From: Bacteroidales bacterium
Lineage (GTDB): Bacteria; Bacteroidota; Bacteroidia; Bacteroidales; JBBRXJ01
NCBI GenBank assembly: GCA_038248505.1
Contig: JBBRXJ010000003.1
Coordinates: 5,331 to 69,330, forward strand
Direction of reading: 5' to 3'
Length of the DNA: 64,000 nucleotides
The notes under the pieces are model-generated. The model did not search any database, was not told the origin of the DNA, and saw only the letters and a list, made by a program, of their open reading frames with translations. The first letter of the stretch is position 1, and the number at the start of each line of letters is the position of its first letter. This document shows positions 1 through 10,170 of the stretch, in pieces. Both the position numbers and the translations under genes were made by a program.

Positions 1-73
1 AATAACATTGAAATGAAGATAATGAATGAGCCTCCTGCAATAGAATTTCAAAAATAACCGCACAACAAAAATT

Positions 74-1348
74 ATGGATTTAATAAGCGAACTCAAGTGG
101 CGAGGCATGGTATTTGATTATATGCCTGGTACCGAAGAACAACTAAAAAAAGAATCAACTAGTGTTTATTTAGGAATTGACCCTACCGCCGATTCCCTTC
201 ATGTAGGGCATTTAGCAGCTGTTATGCTTCTCAAACATTTTCAGATGGCTGGTCATAAACCCATTCTTTTAGTTGGTGGTGCAACTGGTATGATTGGCGA
301 TCCTTCTGGCAAATCTGCTGAACGCAACCTACTCGACCTTGCTACCATCAGACACAATCAAGATAAAATAAAAGAACAATTATCTCAACTTCTCAATTTT
401 TCTGGTCCATGCGCTGCTGAAATGACCAACAATTACGATTGGATGAGCCCTATGAGTTTTCTCGAATTTATTCGCGACATCGGAAAACACATCACCGTAA
501 ATTATATGCTCGCAAAAGACTCGGTGAAAAAACGCCTTGAATATGGCTTATCCTTTACTGAATTTACCTACCAATTAGTTCAAGGATTCGATTTTTATCA
601 TCTCTATACAACAAAAAATTGTAAAATTCAAATTGGAGGTGCCGATCAATGGGGCAATATTACTACCGGTACAGAGCTTATTCGCCGTAAATGTGGTGGC
701 GTAGCCTTTGCTCTTACCTGTCCGCTTATCACTAAATCAGATGGCGGTAAATTTGGAAAAACCGAACAAGGAAATATTTGGCTCGACCCTGAATATACCT
801 CTCCATACAAATTCTACCAATTTTGGCTAAACGTATCTGACGATGATGCAAAAAAATATATTCGCGTTTTCACGCTTCTCGATCATGATAAAATTGAGTC
901 CCTGAGCGCTGAACATGACGCTGCACCTAACTTAAGAGCATTGCAAAAAGAACTTGCTAAGCAAATAACCATTTTAATTCATTCTCAAAATGGTTTAAAA
1001 TCAGCGATGGAAGCAAGTGAAATACTCTTTGGACAAGGCACTCTTGAGTCTTTAAAGGCTCTTGATGAAAAAACATTCCTTCAAGTTTTTGAAGGTGTTC
1101 CAACATTTGAGGTATCGTTTGATCAACTTAAAAATGGCATTCCGCTTGCCGATTTATTGTGTACAAATAGTCAAGTATTCCCCTCAAAAAGCGAGTTGCG
1201 CCGCATGATACAACAAGGGGGGTTAAATATAAATAAACAAAAAATTACAGATACAGATCTGACAATCACCGCTTCAGATCTAATGAATGATAAGTATCTA
1301 CTCGTACAAAAGGGTAAGAAAATATATTTTTTAATTAAGGCAAAATGA
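74..1348 (+). CDS. tyrS: Tyrosine--tRNA ligase
   Basis: 424 aa. Class I signature HVGH (HIGH) near the N-terminus and KFGKT (KMSKS-type). GDPSGK and GGADQWGNI blocks typical of TyrRS. C-terminal S4-like RNA-binding tail. ATG at 74. Confidence 0.95.
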   Translation: MDLISELKWRGMVFDYMPGTEEQLKKESTSVYLGIDPTADSLHVGHLAAVMLLKHFQMAGHKPILLVGGATGMIGDPSGKSAERNLLDLATIRHNQDKIKEQLSQLLNFSGPCAAEMTNNYDWMSPMSFLEFIRDIGKHITVNYMLAKDSVKKRLEYGLSFTEFTYQLVQGFDFYHLYTTKNCKIQIGGADQWGNITTGTELIRRKCGGVAFALTCPLITKSDGGKFGKTEQGNIWLDPEYTSPYKFYQFWLNVSDDDAKKYIRVFTLLDHDKIESLSAEHDAAPNLRALQKELAKQITILIHSQNGLKSAMEASEILFGQGTLESLKALDEKTFLQVFEGVPTFEVSFDQLKNGIPLADLLCTNSQVFPSKSELRRMIQQGGLNINKQKITDTDLTITASDLMNDKYLLVQKGKKIYFLIKAK

Positions 1349-1383
1349 GTAAATTTGAACCCTTTTACCTTTAAAATAAAGCT

Positions 1384-2397
1384 ATGACGAACTACGAGAA
1401 TAACAACAATTGGTTTAATACTGACGACGTACTGAAATTTATTTTTAATAATAAAAAAGTTTTAAGCATTGTTGCTTGTGTCACTTTTATTGTTTCTGCA
1501 ATTGTTTCATTCATGATTCCTCCACAGTTTAAATCTACGGTGGTACTTTTCCCTGCTGCTTCGGCTTCAATATCAAAAGCATATTTAAGTACCAATGGAG
1601 GATCAAAGGAAACCGTTATGCAATATGGCGAAGAAGAAGACGCCGAACGTATATTACAAGTTCTTGCTTCCGATCAAATTCGAAACCGCTTAATACAAAA
1701 ATTTAAACTATTTGATCATTACAAAATCAACAGAAATTCAAAACACCCTTTAGCCGAAATTACAGAACAATTTAAAAGCAATTTTAACTTTAGCCGCACA
1801 AAGTATATGGCCGTTGAAATTCGTGTATATGACCGTGATGCACAATTTGCAGCAGATATGGCTAATTACTGCTCTATGCTTATTGATACTATTATGAATA
1901 CCATGTATAGAGAACGTGCTAAACAAGCATTCGCTATTGTTGAAAATGAATACCTTGCCATGGCTCAACAGCTTAATAATATACAAGATTCAATGCAACA
2001 AATCGGCTTAAAGGGCATTGCCGATTATGAATCACAAGCTGAGGTTTTTAACGCTGCGTATGCAAAAGCTATTGCTGAGGGTAATAATAAAGCGGCACGT
2101 AGCATTGAAGAAAAATTAAGGGTACTTCAAAATTACGGCCCTCACTTTTTATCTCTTCAAAAACTTTTAGAATATGAAAATGAACGTTTCAGCCTTCTAA
2201 AAGCAAAATATGCTGAAGCTCGCGTTGATGCTCAACAAAATGTTCCTTGTAAATATATAATTGATCATGCATATAAAGCCGATCGTAAAACTTTTCCAAT
2301 ACGATGGATTATTGTATTTATTTCTACTTTCTCAGCATTATTTATGACTATTTCATTACTTATTATAAAAAATAAAATCTCAGAAAATAATAATTAA
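1384..2397 (+). CDS. Wzz-like polysaccharide chain-length determinant family protein (putative)
   Basis: 337 aa. One N-terminal TM (VLSIVACVTFIVSAIVSFMIPPQF) with the P-x-F/Y motif just after it. Long coiled, Ala/Gln-rich periplasmic middle. One C-terminal TM (IRWIIVFISTFSALFMTISLLII). Assigned on topology only. Confidence 0.45.
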   Translation: MTNYENNNNWFNTDDVLKFIFNNKKVLSIVACVTFIVSAIVSFMIPPQFKSTVVLFPAASASISKAYLSTNGGSKETVMQYGEEEDAERILQVLASDQIRNRLIQKFKLFDHYKINRNSKHPLAEITEQFKSNFNFSRTKYMAVEIRVYDRDAQFAADMANYCSMLIDTIMNTMYRERAKQAFAIVENEYLAMAQQLNNIQDSMQQIGLKGIADYESQAEVFNAAYAKAIAEGNNKAARSIEEKLRVLQNYGPHFLSLQKLLEYENERFSLLKAKYAEARVDAQQNVPCKYIIDHAYKADRKTFPIRWIIVFISTFSALFMTISLLIIKNKISENNN

Positions 2398-2401
2398 CAC
2401 T

Positions 2402-3958
2402 ATGGATATTAACGGTAAAATTTATCAAAAGTTTCTTTCAAGAAGAGAGGCTTACGACAAACAACACAACGACAAAGAAAAAGAGATTAAACAACATTCT
2501 AAAGGCAAGTTAACAGCCCGTGAACGTATTGCTCTTTTATTTGATAAAGACACATTTGAAGAGATTGATGCATTTGTTGCTACAGCAAACTACGGTACTT
2601 ATGGCAAAGTGCAAAATACCGATGGTGATGGCGTTATTACCGGATATGGTAATGTAAATGGTCGTTTAGTATATTCGTATGCTCAAGACTTTACCGTAAT
2701 GGGTGGATCGCTTGGTTGGGCTCATGCTCAAAAAATATGGAAACTACAAGACATGGCACTTAAAACAGGTGCTCCTATTATTGGTCTTATTGATTCTGGC
2801 GGTGCTCGTATTCAAGAAGGGGTTGCTAGTTTAGCAGGATATGCTGGTATTTTTAATCGAAATGTTAAAGCTTCAGGTATTATTCCTCAAATATCTGTAA
2901 TTCTTGGCCCAGCTGCTGGGGGTGCGGTGTATTCTCCTGCTATTACCGATTATGTTTTTATGACTGCCAAAACCAGTTACATGTTTGTAACAGGACCTAA
3001 CGTTGTTAAAGAAGTATTGAATGAAGATATTTCTTTTGAAGACTTAGGTGGTGCTAAAGTTCATGCAACAAAAAGTGGGGTAGCTCACTTTGTTTATGAT
3101 GATGAAGAAAACACCATTCTTGGGGTTAAAAAGCTTCTCTCTTTTTTGCCTTCAAATAACATGGAAAATGCTCCGTTTATCGAAGGAAAAGATTCCGACG
3201 ATCGTATTGTAAAGAAACTTCGTGATGTTGTGCCTGATGATCCAAATAAGCCCTATGATGTGAAAGAAGTTATTAAGCTTATTATAGATGGTGCCAAATT
3301 TTTTGAAATACATGAGCTATATGCTCAAAATGTGGTAGTTGGTTTTGCTCGTCTTAATGGCAGATGTATCGGTATTTTAGCCAATCAACCTAAGGTTCTT
3401 GCAGGTACGCTTGATATCGATTCTTCTATGAAAGCTTCTCGTTTCATTAGAACTTGCGATTGTTATAATATCCCTATTCTTACTCTTGAAGATGTTCCTG
3501 GGTTCTTACCTGGCGTTAATCAAGAACATAATGGTATTATAAAGCACGGGGCTAAATTAATTTATGCATACGCCGATGCATCGGTTCCTAAAATTACTGT
3601 TATCATGCGTAAATCATACGGCGGCGCATATTGTGTTATGAATAGTAAAAACCTAGGGGGCGACTTTAACTTTGCTTGGCCTACTGCTGAAATTGCTGTT
3701 ATGGGGCCTGAAGGTGCCGTGTCGATTCTTAATCGCAAGCAAATAGAAGAGTCTACCGATCCTGCTAAAACAAAGAAAGATTTGGCTGCTGAATATCGTA
3801 GTGAAGTTGCTAACCCATACATTGCCGAAGAACGCGGTTTTATTGATGAAGTTATTGATCCCGCTTTAACCCGTAATAAACTTATTAAAGCCTTTGAAGC
3901 GCTCGAAAATAAACATGTTTCCGTGCCTTCTCGTAAACACGGAAATGTCCCTTTATAA
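2402..3958 (+). CDS. Acyl-CoA carboxylase carboxyltransferase subunit (propionyl-CoA carboxylase beta / methylmalonyl-CoA decarboxylase alpha family)
   Basis: 518 aa. Two crotonase-like carboxyltransferase halves with conserved blocks GGSLG, DSGGARIQEG, GPAAGGAVYSPA and YGGAYCVM. Confidence 0.9.
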   Translation: MDINGKIYQKFLSRREAYDKQHNDKEKEIKQHSKGKLTARERIALLFDKDTFEEIDAFVATANYGTYGKVQNTDGDGVITGYGNVNGRLVYSYAQDFTVMGGSLGWAHAQKIWKLQDMALKTGAPIIGLIDSGGARIQEGVASLAGYAGIFNRNVKASGIIPQISVILGPAAGGAVYSPAITDYVFMTAKTSYMFVTGPNVVKEVLNEDISFEDLGGAKVHATKSGVAHFVYDDEENTILGVKKLLSFLPSNNMENAPFIEGKDSDDRIVKKLRDVVPDDPNKPYDVKEVIKLIIDGAKFFEIHELYAQNVVVGFARLNGRCIGILANQPKVLAGTLDIDSSMKASRFIRTCDCYNIPILTLEDVPGFLPGVNQEHNGIIKHGAKLIYAYADASVPKITVIMRKSYGGAYCVMNSKNLGGDFNFAWPTAEIAVMGPEGAVSILNRKQIEESTDPAKTKKDLAAEYRSEVANPYIAEERGFIDEVIDPALTRNKLIKAFEALENKHVSVPSRKHGNVPL

Positions 3959-3967
3959 TCTTTTTAT

Positions 3968-4005
3968 AACGAACATGGTTCAATAAGCCATGTTCGTTAC
4001 TTTTA
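3968..4005 (+). terminator. Rho-independent terminator after the carboxyltransferase gene
   Basis: Perfect 11-bp stem AACGAACATGG / CCATGTTCGTT (3968-3978 and 3988-3998), 9-nt loop, followed by ACTTTT. Confidence 0.7.
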
Positions 4006-4093
4006 CTCTATTCTATAAATCGTTCTCAATACATTCTTATATTAACAATATGAATGTGTTTGAATCGCTTACTCCTTATTAAAATCTTTTATA

Positions 4094-5527
4094 TTGACCG
4101 AGAAAAACAAAACATATTTAATATATATAATTGTATTTCTTTTTGTTATTCTCAATGCAATTTCTCTATATAAAGAATTCTATTTTCTTACTATTTTCCC
4201 TATTGCATTAGCTGTTCTCTGTATTGGTATTTTTTCTCTTGATAAGCTTCTTATCATTATAACTGCTCTTACTCCACTTTCAATTTCTCTTAATGAAATT
4301 GGTATTGAAATCCCGTTTGATTTATTTATACCAACAGAACCCTTAATTTTACTAGTACTTCTGCTTTTTGTTCTTAAATCACTTTACACAAAAAGCTTAG
4401 ATAAAAAAATAATTAATCATCCTTTAACTATTGTTATTGCCATTAATCTTTTGTGGATTTTTATTACCTCTCTTACAAGTACTGATATACTCGTTTCTCT
4501 TAAATTCTTTTTGGTGCGTTTATGGTATCTTGTTTCATTCTATTATCTGGCAATAATACTTTTTAAGAATGCTCAAAACATATATCGTTTTCTTTGGGCA
4601 TATATCATTTCATTTTCTATTGTTATTATTTATTCTATTTATAACCAAAATGAAGTTGGCTTCTCAAACATCAATGCAGCACATTTTGTTATGGAGCCTT
4701 TTTATAACGATCATACCTCGTACGGTGCAATAATTGCGATGTTTATTCCTGTTCTTTTAGGATTAATCATCAATGAAATTAATCATTTTCGAAAATGGTC
4801 TATCACTTTTTTTATTCTTATTCTTTTTATTACCGCGCTGCTTCTTTCGTATACTCGTGCTGCTTGGATTAGTCTTATTGGCGCATTCTTAGTATGGATT
4901 AGCCTAATGATGCGTTTACGACTGACACATATTTTAACCATACTTTTTTCTATATCATTGATTTTTATTTTATTTCAAAATTCTTTTATCATGAAAATGG
5001 AAGAAAATAAAAAAAATCAACGTACCAACATAGCAGAACATGCCGAAACAATCACCAACATTACTACAGATGACTCAAATAAAGAGCGTATTAATCGTTG
5101 GAAATGTGCTTTAAAAATGTTCGTCGAGAAACCAATTTTTGGCTGGGGTCCGGGAACCTATATGTTTAAATATGCTCCCTATCAATTATCGTATGATCGT
5201 ACTTCTATTAGTACCAACAGAGCCGACGGCGGAAATGCGCACAGCGAATATATTGGGCCACTTGCAGAATCAGGAATATTGGGAACACTCACGTTTATCG
5301 CTATTGTAATTACTAGCATCGTTTATGGTTTTAAACTTAGTCAAGAAACTAAAAATAAAAGGCTACGAATTACTGTTATTGCTTGCTTTATTGGATTAAC
5401 GACCTATTTCATTCACGGTTCTCTTAACAATTTCCTCGATACAGATAAAGCCGCTGTACCCTTTTGGGGCTTTATTGCTATCCTTATAGCTACCGATCTA
5501 TATCATAAAAATGATAGTAATAATTAG
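4094..5527 (+). CDS. O-antigen ligase / O-antigen polymerase family integral membrane protein (Wzy_C-type)
   Basis: 477 aa and about 11-12 TM segments. Has the SYTRAAWISL motif and a large loop with NAHSEYI typical of the O-antigen ligase family. The ORF opens with TTG at 4094. Confidence 0.7.
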   Translation: MTEKNKTYLIYIIVFLFVILNAISLYKEFYFLTIFPIALAVLCIGIFSLDKLLIIITALTPLSISLNEIGIEIPFDLFIPTEPLILLVLLLFVLKSLYTKSLDKKIINHPLTIVIAINLLWIFITSLTSTDILVSLKFFLVRLWYLVSFYYLAIILFKNAQNIYRFLWAYIISFSIVIIYSIYNQNEVGFSNINAAHFVMEPFYNDHTSYGAIIAMFIPVLLGLIINEINHFRKWSITFFILILFITALLLSYTRAAWISLIGAFLVWISLMMRLRLTHILTILFSISLIFILFQNSFIMKMEENKKNQRTNIAEHAETITNITTDDSNKERINRWKCALKMFVEKPIFGWGPGTYMFKYAPYQLSYDRTSISTNRADGGNAHSEYIGPLAESGILGTLTFIAIVITSIVYGFKLSQETKNKRLRITVIACFIGLTTYFIHGSLNNFLDTDKAAVPFWGFIAILIATDLYHKNDSNN

Positions 5528-5593
5528 TAAGAGCGTGACTTTATGTTGCTCTTTAACTAATTCATCTTTCCTTATTTAATACCCAACATTTCA

Positions 5594-8368
5594 TTAGTGC
5601 GCCTCCAGCCAATTATTTCCACTTCCCATCTCAACACGCAGTGGAACTAGTAATGTCACAGCATTCTCCATATTTCGTTTTACTAATTCTTTCAAAGTTT
5701 CCAATTCATCTTTCAATACATCAAATACCAACTCATCATGAACCTGAAGAATCATTCTACTTTTAAAGTTTTTGTCTTTCATCTCACTATGTATATTTAT
5801 CATCGCTAACTTAATAATATCGGCTGCTGAACCTTGCACAGGTGCATTAATAGCATTACGTTCTGCAAATCCTCGCACAATACCATTGCGCGAATTAATA
5901 TCGGGTAAATAACGACGCCGACCCATAATCGTTTCCACATAACCCTTCTCACGTGCATCTGCAATAGCTTGCGACATATACGTTCGAACACCCGGAAAGG
6001 TTTTAAAATAATTATCAATTAACTCTTTGGCATCCTTACGTGCAATGCTTAAACGACCGGCTAAACCATAAGCTGAAATACCATAAATAATACCAAAATT
6101 TGCCGTTTTAGCGTTGCGTCGCATATCTGTTGTTACTTCACCTAAAGGCAATCCATAAATTTTTGCTGCCGTTGCTGTATGAATATCCTCATCTTGCATA
6201 AAAGCCTCAATCATGCCCTCATCTTTGCTTACGTGAGCCATTATGCGCAATTCAATCTGTGAATAATCTGCCGACAAAAGTACATGCGAATCGTTTGAAG
6301 GTATAAATGCTTTTCGTATTTCACGACCTCGCTCCTCACGAATGGGAATATTTTGCAAATTCGGATTATTCGAACTAAGCCGTCCAGTTGCAGTTACAGC
6401 CTGATTAAACGAAGTATGTATTTTTCCTGTTTTTGAATTTACCAGTGATGGTAATGACTCAACATATGACGAGAGTAATTTGCGTAATGATCGAAATTCC
6501 AAAATTTTGCCGATAATAGGATGTGCATCACGTAACTTCTCTAAAACGTCTTCCGCTGTTGAATACTGTTTTGTCTTCGTTTTTTGTGCGCCATCACTTA
6601 TTTTTAAGCGTTCAAACAATACCTCGCCTAACTGCTTTGGCGATGAAATATTAAAAGCTTGTCCGCCCGCTAACTCAATAATCTCGCTCTCAAGTTGAAT
6701 TAAATCTGCTCGTAAAATATCACCCGACACATTTAAGGCTTCACTATTAATACGAACACCCTCCCACTCCATATCAGCTAAAACAACAACCAAAGGCATT
6801 TCAATAGTTTGAGAAAGTTTTTCAGAGTGCAATTCCTTAAGTTCTTTTTCAAAAATTGATGCTAATTTTAAAGTGATATCAGCATCTTCGCATGCATAAT
6901 TTTTAATTTTATTAATCTCTACACTACGCATGGTTCCTTGTCCCTCGCCTTTTTTACCTATTAACTCTTCAATGCTTACTGTTTTATATCCCAAATAATT
7001 TTCAGCCAAAACATCCATATTATGTCGCTGCTCAGGCTGTAAAATATAATGGGCTAGCATGGTATCAAAAATGAGGCCTTGTACAAACACAGTATAATTT
7101 TTAAGAACTAGAATATCAAATTTTAAATTCTGTCCTATTTTTTCTATTTCCGTATTTTCTAAAATTGATTTAAACTCGTTTACAATTTTTTGTGCCTCTG
7201 TACGGTCTGCTGGTATTGGGATATAAAAAGCCTCTCCCTCAAAATAAGCAATAGAGATACCTACAAGCTGCGCATGATAAACATCGAGACCCGTTGTTTC
7301 AGTATCAAAACAAAAACGTTTTTGATTTTTTAAGACCTCAATAAGTTCAAAACGAAGCTCGGGAGTATCCAAAAGCTTGTAATCGTGCGCTGCATCCGTG
7401 ATAGAGAGCAGTGTTTTTTGAGGCTGCTCCATTGGCATATCATCAAACAAAGAAGGTTGCATGATTGCCGGAGTCTTTTTTACTTCTGCGGCAGGATTTT
7501 GGGCTCTAAATCGATTTTGAAGATTTTTGAACTCTAATTCATCAAAAATGATTTGTAATGCATCTGTATCATGTCCTTTCATTAACAGTTGATTTTCATC
7601 TAATTCAATTGGTGTATTTAAATCAATTGTTACTAGAATCTTCGATAACTTTATATTTTCTATATTATTAAATATTGTTTCTTTAATCTTTCCAGTAAGT
7701 GAACTATAGTTTTCTATCAGATTTTCAACTGTTTTAAAATCTCCAACTAATTTTCTTGCTGTTTTTTCGCCCACTCCTTTCGCACCGGGAATATTATCTG
7801 AAGCATCGCCCCACAATGCTAAAATATCGCGTACCTGATCGGGATGTTCTATAGTAAACTTTTTCTTTACTTCATCTACTCCAAGTATCTCAACATCACC
7901 TCCAGATCGACCTGGTTTATACATAAATACATTGTCCTTTACTAATTGACAATAATCTTTATCGCTGGTCATCATATACGTTTGAAATCCAAACTTTGAT
8001 GCCTTGTTACTTAAAGCTCCAATTACATCATCGGCCTCATAATTCTCTACCTGAATTACGGCTATATTCATTGCCTCCAATATCTTCTTTATATAAGGAA
8101 TTGCAAATCGAATACCCTCCGGTGTTTCTTCTCGATGCGCTTTATAATCGGGATAAATATCCTGCCTAAAGGATTTTGATGGATCAAAAACTACTGCCAT
8201 ATGCGTGGGCTTTTCCTTATTTATAACATCTAAAATGGTATTAATAAATCCAAATACGGCGGAGGTGTTTTGACCCTTTGAATTCATTCGCGGATTATTT
8301 ATAAACGCATAATAGGCCCGGTAAATAAGAGCAAAAGCATCTAGTAAGAAAAGTTTTTTTTCGTTCAT
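5594..8368 (-). CDS. polA: DNA polymerase I
   Basis: 924 aa. N-terminal 5'-3' exonuclease, central 3'-5' exonuclease (FDTETT, YACEDAD) and pol A family motifs (DYSQIELR, RRNAKTANFGIIYG, QVHDELVF). Confidence 0.97.
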   Translation of the reverse strand: MNEKKLFLLDAFALIYRAYYAFINNPRMNSKGQNTSAVFGFINTILDVINKEKPTHMAVVFDPSKSFRQDIYPDYKAHREETPEGIRFAIPYIKKILEAMNIAVIQVENYEADDVIGALSNKASKFGFQTYMMTSDKDYCQLVKDNVFMYKPGRSGGDVEILGVDEVKKKFTIEHPDQVRDILALWGDASDNIPGAKGVGEKTARKLVGDFKTVENLIENYSSLTGKIKETIFNNIENIKLSKILVTIDLNTPIELDENQLLMKGHDTDALQIIFDELEFKNLQNRFRAQNPAAEVKKTPAIMQPSLFDDMPMEQPQKTLLSITDAAHDYKLLDTPELRFELIEVLKNQKRFCFDTETTGLDVYHAQLVGISIAYFEGEAFYIPIPADRTEAQKIVNEFKSILENTEIEKIGQNLKFDILVLKNYTVFVQGLIFDTMLAHYILQPEQRHNMDVLAENYLGYKTVSIEELIGKKGEGQGTMRSVEINKIKNYACEDADITLKLASIFEKELKELHSEKLSQTIEMPLVVVLADMEWEGVRINSEALNVSGDILRADLIQLESEIIELAGGQAFNISSPKQLGEVLFERLKISDGAQKTKTKQYSTAEDVLEKLRDAHPIIGKILEFRSLRKLLSSYVESLPSLVNSKTGKIHTSFNQAVTATGRLSSNNPNLQNIPIREERGREIRKAFIPSNDSHVLLSADYSQIELRIMAHVSKDEGMIEAFMQDEDIHTATAAKIYGLPLGEVTTDMRRNAKTANFGIIYGISAYGLAGRLSIARKDAKELIDNYFKTFPGVRTYMSQAIADAREKGYVETIMGRRRYLPDINSRNGIVRGFAERNAINAPVQGSAADIIKLAMINIHSEMKDKNFKSRMILQVHDELVFDVLKDELETLKELVKRNMENAVTLLVPLRVEMGSGNNWLEAH

Positions 8369-8711
8369 GAATTATATTTTGATGTGCTGAAAAAATATTT
8401 GATATTAAATAAACCTTTGTAAACAATTTGCCTATTAAATTACCCCTGGCTTTAGCAAGTGGTAAGAAATTCAATGAAAAACCCGGCTTTAGCAAAAAAA
8501 TCAAAAATCCTTATTGTTTTTATATTATATCTTTCTACCTAAATATCAGATTGCTAAGCTTAAGCATGTCCTTGATGTATACTAATGTAGAATCAGATAA
8601 TATAATTCCTGTATTTTATCCTCTAATATATATAAAAAGTCTTTTTAAGCACATCTAAATAAGAAATGGCCTTAGTAGGTGTACACTTTTTATTATATAC
8701 GATGATGCTCA

Positions 8712-9161
8712 TTAACCCTGATCGGCAGCAAACCACTCAGCATAAGAATTTGCGGTTTCGGCTAATTTAATACTTACGAGTTGAATGCTGACTGGTAATT
8801 TTAATTGTATTTTTTTAGCAAAGTCTATAAGCATATTTTCACATGTTGGTTGATAAGCTGTGAGTATGGTCTTTTCAAACATCTGACTGCTTTGTTTTAT
8901 CCAGGAATGATCGGCTTCATTGCTTATAACCACAGAATGATCAAAGGGTTTTATAATTTCTTGCTGTACTATTTCTTTTAATACTCCAAAATCTAGTACC
9001 ATGCCTAGTTTTACGTTCCCTTTTTCTTCAATAGGTTGCCCCTTAACTGTTACTGAAAGACGATAGGAATGCCCATGAATATTACGACAGGAACCATCGT
9101 AATTCCACAGCGCATGCGCCATCTCAAAACTAAACTCTTTTGTTAAACGAATATAACTCAT
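8712..9161 (-). CDS. queD: 6-carboxy-5,6,7,8-tetrahydropterin synthase (6-pyruvoyl-tetrahydropterin synthase family)
   Basis: 149 aa. CRNIHGHSY catalytic Cys/His block, FDHS and PTCENM blocks typical of QueD/PTPS. Confidence 0.85.
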   Translation of the reverse strand: MSYIRLTKEFSFEMAHALWNYDGSCRNIHGHSYRLSVTVKGQPIEEKGNVKLGMVLDFGVLKEIVQQEIIKPFDHSVVISNEADHSWIKQSSQMFEKTILTAYQPTCENMLIDFAKKIQLKLPVSIQLVSIKLAETANSYAEWFAADQG

Positions 9162-9495
9162 TTCTTACTGTCTTTTAATTCGCTATTATTTTGAAGTGTT
9201 TCATTTTAAATAAGGTAAACTAGTGAACCAAATTGCTTATTTATACGGATGCTATTTTTGCTTATTGCCAATGCTCTGTCAGCTACACCCCAAATGTCTG
9301 CGGATAAACCAAATAAATCTATAATTATAGTAGTCACATTTGAGTTTTAATAACATCTGAGTTTTCCCTGATTGTGTGTGATGGTAATAAATTTGGCGAT
9401 TGCGGTCGTTTTTTCTATTTTTAAATATAAAAATTTAAGCGCTATATTAGCACTTAATAAGCTAATTCTCAGAAATTTATTTATTCCTTTTTAAT

Positions 9496-9547
9496 ATATT
9501 CATTTGTCATATTCATTTGTCATATTCATTTGTCATATTCATTTGAT
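9496..9547. repeat. Tandem repeat, 13-bp unit ATATTCATTTGTC x4 (last copy degenerate)
   Basis: Read directly: atattcatttgtc atattcatttgtc atattcatttgtc atattcatttgat. It lies in a 560-bp ORF-free spacer between queD and the ArsR-family gene. Confidence 0.95.
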
Positions 9548-9719
9548 TCAGAACATATTTCCTAATTATTTTAGCAATTTTAATTGCTTGTTCAATTTCT
9601 TCGTTTGTAAGATCTATGATTGAATCTGGGTAACGTATTTTCTAATTATGTTATCAATTGACTAAAATCACTGCATTTATTTTGCAGCTAAATTATTATA
9701 AAGAAACAAAAAAATTGTC

Positions 9720-10004
9720 CTAAATACAATTCTTAATACATTCAACAATGGTAGTTAACTTCTCATGTTTCAAATAATAAAAAGTATTTTTTCCATCGCG
9801 CTTTGAATTTAAAACTCCTTTGTCTTTAAGAATACCCAAATGATGAGAGGCCGTTGACTGATCTATCTCAAGCAATTCATGAATTTCTGTTACCGATAAT
9901 TTCTTTCCATCCTCTAACTGATTAATTATCGCAATACGCATTGGATGGGCAATGGCTTTTAACACCGAAGATGCTTTTTCAAGCTGTTCTGATTTGATTT
10001 TCAT
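9720..10004 (-). CDS. ArsR/SmtB family winged-helix transcriptional regulator
   Basis: 94 aa. LKAIAHPMRIAIINQL ... SVTEIHELLEIDQSTASHHLGILKDKGV is the canonical ArsR HTH. No ELCVCDL-type metal site is visible. Confidence 0.85.
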   Translation of the reverse strand: MKIKSEQLEKASSVLKAIAHPMRIAIINQLEDGKKLSVTEIHELLEIDQSTASHHLGILKDKGVLNSKRDGKNTFYYLKHEKLTTIVECIKNCI

Positions 10005-10148
10005 AAATTTAAATATATTATATATGCAAATATATAACTTTTTGCTTATTATCTGTAAATATGATGTTTATATAATTAATTTTAGACCTTATTTTTTAAT
10101 TTCTTTATCTATTACACGCTGTCACTAATAATCTACATACAAACTCGT

Positions 10149-10156
10149 TATATTTG
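10149..10156 (+). promoter_or_regulatory. Candidate Bacteroidota -7 promoter element (TATATTTG matches TAnnTTTG) for the polyprenyl synthase gene
   Basis: Exact match to the TAnnTTTG -7 consensus, 15 nt upstream of the ATG at 10171. No clear -33 TTTG was seen. Confidence 0.3.
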
Positions 10157-10170
10157 TACAAACAAAAGCA

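Noticed and set aside
9280-9291. CAGCTACACCCC, which resembles the core of a preQ1-I riboswitch near queD.
   Set aside because: It is on the plus strand while queD is on the minus strand. No complementary 5' P1 strand and no A-rich tail in the right register were found, and no downstream plus-strand gene exists for it to control.
9496-9547. Tandem repeat considered as a mini CRISPR array.
   Set aside because: The units are contiguous 13-mers with no spacers, and no cas genes are present. I saw no repeat-spacer architecture anywhere in the window.
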